From Scyliorhinus canicula (Eukaryota), in NCBI RefSeq assembly GCF_902713615.1, contig NW_024055461.1:2349323-2413322 (forward strand): a stretch of 64,000 nt of DNA. The letters are read 5' to 3'. Below are positions 59,471 to 64,000 of the stretch, piece by piece. The translations under genes and the position numbers were made by a program. Below the pieces are notes generated by a model. The model was not told the origin of the DNA and searched no databases. It was given only the letters and a program-made list of their open reading frames with translations. Each line of letters starts with the position of its first letter. Within the stretch, counting starts at the first letter, position 1.

Positions 59471-60439
59471 TCCCTGAGATCTTGCTGTGGGCACAGCGAC
59501 ACTTTCCTACGTTACACTCGTTACTGCACATCAAATTTACTTCGAAAGGGAAAATGCTGGAAAATCTCAGCAGGTCTGGCAACATCTGTAGGCAGAGAAA
59601 GGAGCTAACGTTTCGAGTCCCATCACTCTTTGTCAAAGCTGAGACTTGCTGGGATTTTCCAGCATTTTTACTTTCGTTTCAGATTCCAGCATCCGCAGTA
59701 ATTTGCTTTCATCAAATTTACTTCCTTTGTTCTGCGGGACAAGCTGGATGGACTGGGCTGCCCGTTGTCGGCCATTGCTGGCAGAATTAGTCAATTAAAC
59801 ATTACAACGTGCCGGCCTCTATACATCATTTTCAGCTCCTCCATCCACACTCGCCCCAATAATATCCATTGCCCGACTGGGCCTCAGGTCTGACCGTCGC
59901 AGCGCTGAGCTTTCCAGAGAACCAAATTGGAGTCGCTGCGCCAATCTACGATCAGTACGTGAGCTCAGTCCCTCAATACGTTTCTTCGTTCCCAGCGGAT
60001 AGCATTGGACTGGATTCAAACAACTCTCCTTCACGTTTAAAGTGATATTTCTCAATAATCTGCTCAAGCTTACTCCATCCTCTCGTCATCCACATGCTCC
60101 ACATCAGGGTTTTTGATGAAACGGAAACCGCAGGATATTGGTTATAGCTTTCAGAGAAAAAAAACGATGATGAAATACATGAGTTCAACCGTGTTTTCCT
60201 GACGCTTTGTAAGCCTGAGCTATTTTTTCTAGCAAATGCTTATTAAGAAACGGGAAACATGAGAGCATCTACCTCCAGATTTTCCGGTACCATTATATTT
60301 CAGAACCATTTTGTGCTGGGTGTGTGGGATTTGGAAAAGAAATATTGCCTAATGGCGAACACTGAGTAATAGAGGGAGGACAACAATCCTGGGAATATTG
60401 CATTATATCATTAACCAATTTAAATGTAATACAAGACAG

Positions 60440-61020
60440 TCAACCTCCTAAATAAAAGCAAATTACTGCGGATGCTGGAATCTGAAACGAAAGGAACAAT
60501 GCTGGAAAATCTCAGCAGGTCTGGCAGCATGTGCAGGGAGAGAAAATAGCTAACGTTTCGAGTCCGATGACTCTTTGTCAAAGCTAGCAGACAGAGAGAG
60601 TGGGAAATATTTATACTGTGGAGTGAGAATGAAAGATGAGTCATAGCACAGAAACCCAGGGAAACTGGCCCAGATACCAAGGGGAAAGAGTGCTAATGGC
60701 AGTCCCCAGAGAGGACAAAAGATGTGAAAGGTCAAACAGCAGGGAAACTAACATCAGAGGATGAACTGTAGGTGTGGGGGGAGGGGAAGGTGTAAGCAAA
60801 GAGGAGAAAGGTGCTAGGAAAGGTGCAGGAAATAAATAAATGGTAAAAGACAGTTAAAATGAAATGAAAACAAATGGATCGTTGGGGCTGATCATCTGAA
60901 GTTGTTGAATTCAATGTTCAGGCCGGAAGGCTGTAGCGTGCTTAACCGGAAGATGAGATGTTGTTCCTCCAGTTTGTGTTGCGCTTCACTGGAACATTGC
61001 AGCAGGCCAAGGACAGACAC
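60440..61020. mobile_element. Penelope-like repeat remnant (related piece at ~59540-59720)
   Basis: Shares the 'ctggaaaatctcagcaggtctggcagcat...aacgtttcgagtcc' block with other copies in the window. Confidence 0.45.
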
Positions 61021-62226
61021 GTGCGCGCGCGCTCTTGCGTTATCTAAAGGACCTTGGGACCAGCAACTTGATTTGTTGCTTTATTCAAACGTTTTCAAAT
61101 TTTCCCACTACCTTTGTTGGACTCTGGACACTGGTCAGGTTTACGACAATGCAAGTAAATAAATTCCATTCAAGTTTAGCAGTTATCCAACATACTGTTG
61201 TAGCAGTAAAATTACTATCCCACGAATTCAAAGATCCGTGTTGATGATATCAAGACATAAGTTCAATTCTCACCATAGCAGCGGGAGGAATTTACTGAAT
61301 TCAATAATTAAATTAAAATAATATGGAATTGACACCAGGCAAGTCTCAGTAATGGTGATCATTGATTGTCGTAGAAACCCATCAGCTTTATTGTTGTCAA
61401 TAGGGGAAGGGAATCTGCCATCTTTACTCAGTCTGGCTCGCAACGTGACACCAGACGCACAGCAACGTGGTTGCCTCGGAAATAGCAAAATGTAACCAGG
61501 GACCCCAAAATCACATGAAACAATTATTTAAATTCTTAACGATCGGTTGACTGAGGTGCATTCCTAAGTTTCAGGGTGCATTTAGTGCTTTTGCTGTCTT
61601 TGTCATGCTGTATTTAAAAATATGGTGTGAGTAGATCAAATCTCAGTGACACTCCCGCTGAAACAACAGTCACCAAACATACACCCTACTAATGACATCA
61701 CTTTGCTCAACATTTCCGAACTAACAGACGATTCGTGAAATCTAAATATATCAGTGGGACTGAGACCGATAATATCCCTCACAAAGAGATGCAATCGGTG
61801 CAAACACGAGCAGAAAGCTTTCCCGTTAAGATGAAATTCACAGTTGCTGTGAAAATACCAACAGATTGGACACCAAAATAACTGTAGGCAAGGCAATGTT
61901 TTGGGTGGGGCTGTTCCGACTCGAGTTCGTCATTGAATCAAAAAGAAAAGTATGTTTTTGTGCCGATTTTGTATTTCTGAATGTCCGATGGCACAGCCCT
62001 GGAATAAAAACAAATGAAGTCCATTAACAGCAAAACCGCGTTATTCTGGTACATTTTTAAAAAGATGTTTATGAAACTTTAATCTTAGTATTCTCCATTT
62101 CTCTCCCTGACGAAACGTGTTTCGGAAATATCAACTGTTTAGAAGCAAAATGTGCGTTAATGGAAAAGAGGTTTTACATTTCCATGATTCTCTTTATTTA
62201 ACACTTTATCTGATGTAAAATCTCTG

Positions 62227-62255
62227 TTAGGGTTAGGCTTAGGGTTAGGGTTAGG
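62227..62255 (+). repeat. Short interstitial (TTAGGG)n, ~4.8 units
   Basis: TTAGGG TTAGGC TTAGGG TTAGGG TTAGG. Confidence 0.85.
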
Positions 62256-62995
62256 AAGGAATAACAGGAAGACAGAGTACTGGGCTAATGGTAAGATTCT
62301 TGGTAGTGTGGATGAGCAGAGAGATCACGGTGTCCATGTACATAGATCCCTGAAAGTTGCCACCCAGGTTGAGAGGGTTGTTAAGAAGGTGTACGGTGTG
62401 TTAGAGGAATTGAGTTTCGGAGCCATGAGGTCATGTTGCAGTTGTACAAAACTCTGGTGCGACCACATTTGGAGTATTGCGTGCAGTTCTGGTCGCCGCA
62501 TTATAGGAAGGATGTGGAAGCATTAGAAAGGGTGGAGAGGAGATTTACCAAGATGTTGCCTGATATGGAGGGAAGAACTTATGAGGAAAGGCTGAGGGAC
62601 TTGAGGCTGTTTTCGTTAGAAAGAAGAAAGTTAAGAGGTGACTTAATTGAGGCATACAAGATGATCAGAGGATTAGATAGGGTGGACAGTGAGAGCCTTT
62701 TTCCTCGGATGGTGATGCCCAGCACGAGGGAACATAGCTTTAAATTGATGGGAGATAGATATAGGGCAGATGTCAGAGGTAGGTTCTTTACTCAGAGAGT
62801 AGTAAGGGCGTGGAATGCCCTGCCTGCAACAGTAGTGGACTCGCCAACACTAAACGCATTCAAATGGTCATTGGATAGACATATGGACGATAAGGGAATA
62901 GTGTAGAGGCACTTTACAGGGGTTTCACGGTCGGCTCAACATCGAGAGCCGAAGGGCCTGTACTGCGCTGTAATGTCCTATGTTCTATGTTCTAT
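62256..62995 (+). mobile_element. 5'-truncated CR1 3' end
   Basis: ORF 62433-62906 is nearly the same as 18605-19309; (GTTCTAT)n tail. Confidence 0.93.
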
Positions 62996-64000
62996 TTTTG
63001 ACATTGTCGCTTCCTTCCCATCCTCATTCCGCAGTTCTCACTTTCTGAGTCGTCATCACGTATTATTAGCAGACTTGTTAGCTTTCCGTTTTTCTCTTAA
63101 TCATTCTGGCTTGCAATATTACACAAGATTTTCTCCGACTGTGTTTCTAACCATATTCATTTATGATGCTCTTCACACCTTTAGGTTCTGGATTTTCGTT
63201 TTTTAATATTTATTTGCCCTTTCCTCCAACCCTCGGAAGTTAATGAACACATTAACAGCAGAGGATCATTGGGGCTGATGTCCCATCGCTGCCTCCTTCC
63301 ATGCCACAGAAACAGATAAATGTTCCTGTTTGTCCTTCTGTCTGAGTGCACCAGGACAGAAGCTGAGAGATTGAATCGCCGTGAATCAGATCTTGAAAGG
63401 AACATTCATATAGGAAAACGTATGAACGGTGGCTGATTAAATATGTTTTAGGACCTGATGGAAACGGTGACATGTATGAAGTTCACAATTACCAGTTGGA
63501 AATGCTCCCCACACAACCAGGATGTGGAGTAACTGCATTGCTGCTGTCCTCTCTGAAAAAGCGAGTTGGATTCCTGTGGGGTTTATTGTGAAACGGCACT
63601 CTCGATAATCTGCTTCCGTGCCTCAGGATGATCTCACCTCACTTCATTATGTGGTTCTGTGACGCCGGTAGATGGTGAACTACTGTGAGTGACCCAGAGT
63701 TCGGTAAGATCACACAACCCAAATGCGGAGCAGCCACATAGTCGCATCAGCTTTGTAAAGGGGGAGTTAGATATTTAACGCCACCCGTTCAAAACTCAAA
63801 AATCTGATGGCGTGTCTCAGGATATTGTCACATCACTTCCTTGTGGCCCCAGTGGTGATGTGAGACCGATCGGTGGTGAGCGAGCTGCCAGCGAATGAAA
63901 ACGTTCCAGGCTGGTTAACTTAATTCTGCTCACAATGCGCCGAAGCCTCGCTCTGTCTGGACTACTTCAGTGTGTTTGGAGTCTGAGGTCACAGTTACTG

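Noticed and set aside
63960-64000. Possible J segment at the window end (GTGTTTGGAGTC)
   Set aside because: Reads FGV-stop rather than FGxG, and no upstream RSS was seen.

Overview
Repeat-dense vertebrate DNA, most likely from a cartilaginous fish (inferred from the CR1/SINE/Penelope repeat types, the two-exon GPR139-like receptors and the T-cell-receptor V segments). Left to right: (1) a ~2.4-kb tandem tRNA unit (tRNA-Pro-TGG with an 18-nt canonical intron, convergent tRNA-Val-CAC), duplicated and broken by CR1 LINEs; (2) a very young, intact 9.3-kb LTR element (8517-17815) nested in a CR1, with LTRs differing by one indel, a 4-bp TSD, a tRNA-Lys-type PBS, one uninterrupted 1762-aa Gag-PR-RT-tether-RNase H-IN ORF with foamy/lokiretrovirus-like motifs, no env, and a 9-copy hairpin-repeat/spacer array directly behind the PBS; (3) a solo LTR and minisatellites; (4) two divergently transcribed two-exon class A GPCR genes separated by a full-length dead CR1; (5) a full-length dead L1 and a Harbinger Myb remnant; (6) part of a TCR alpha/delta-type V cluster with two V pseudogenes, CTCF motifs and one intact V segment with a 23-bp RSS. 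The best candidate for an undescribed system is the LTR element with its leader array. All calls were made by eye without database searches; boundaries of decayed repeats are approximate.
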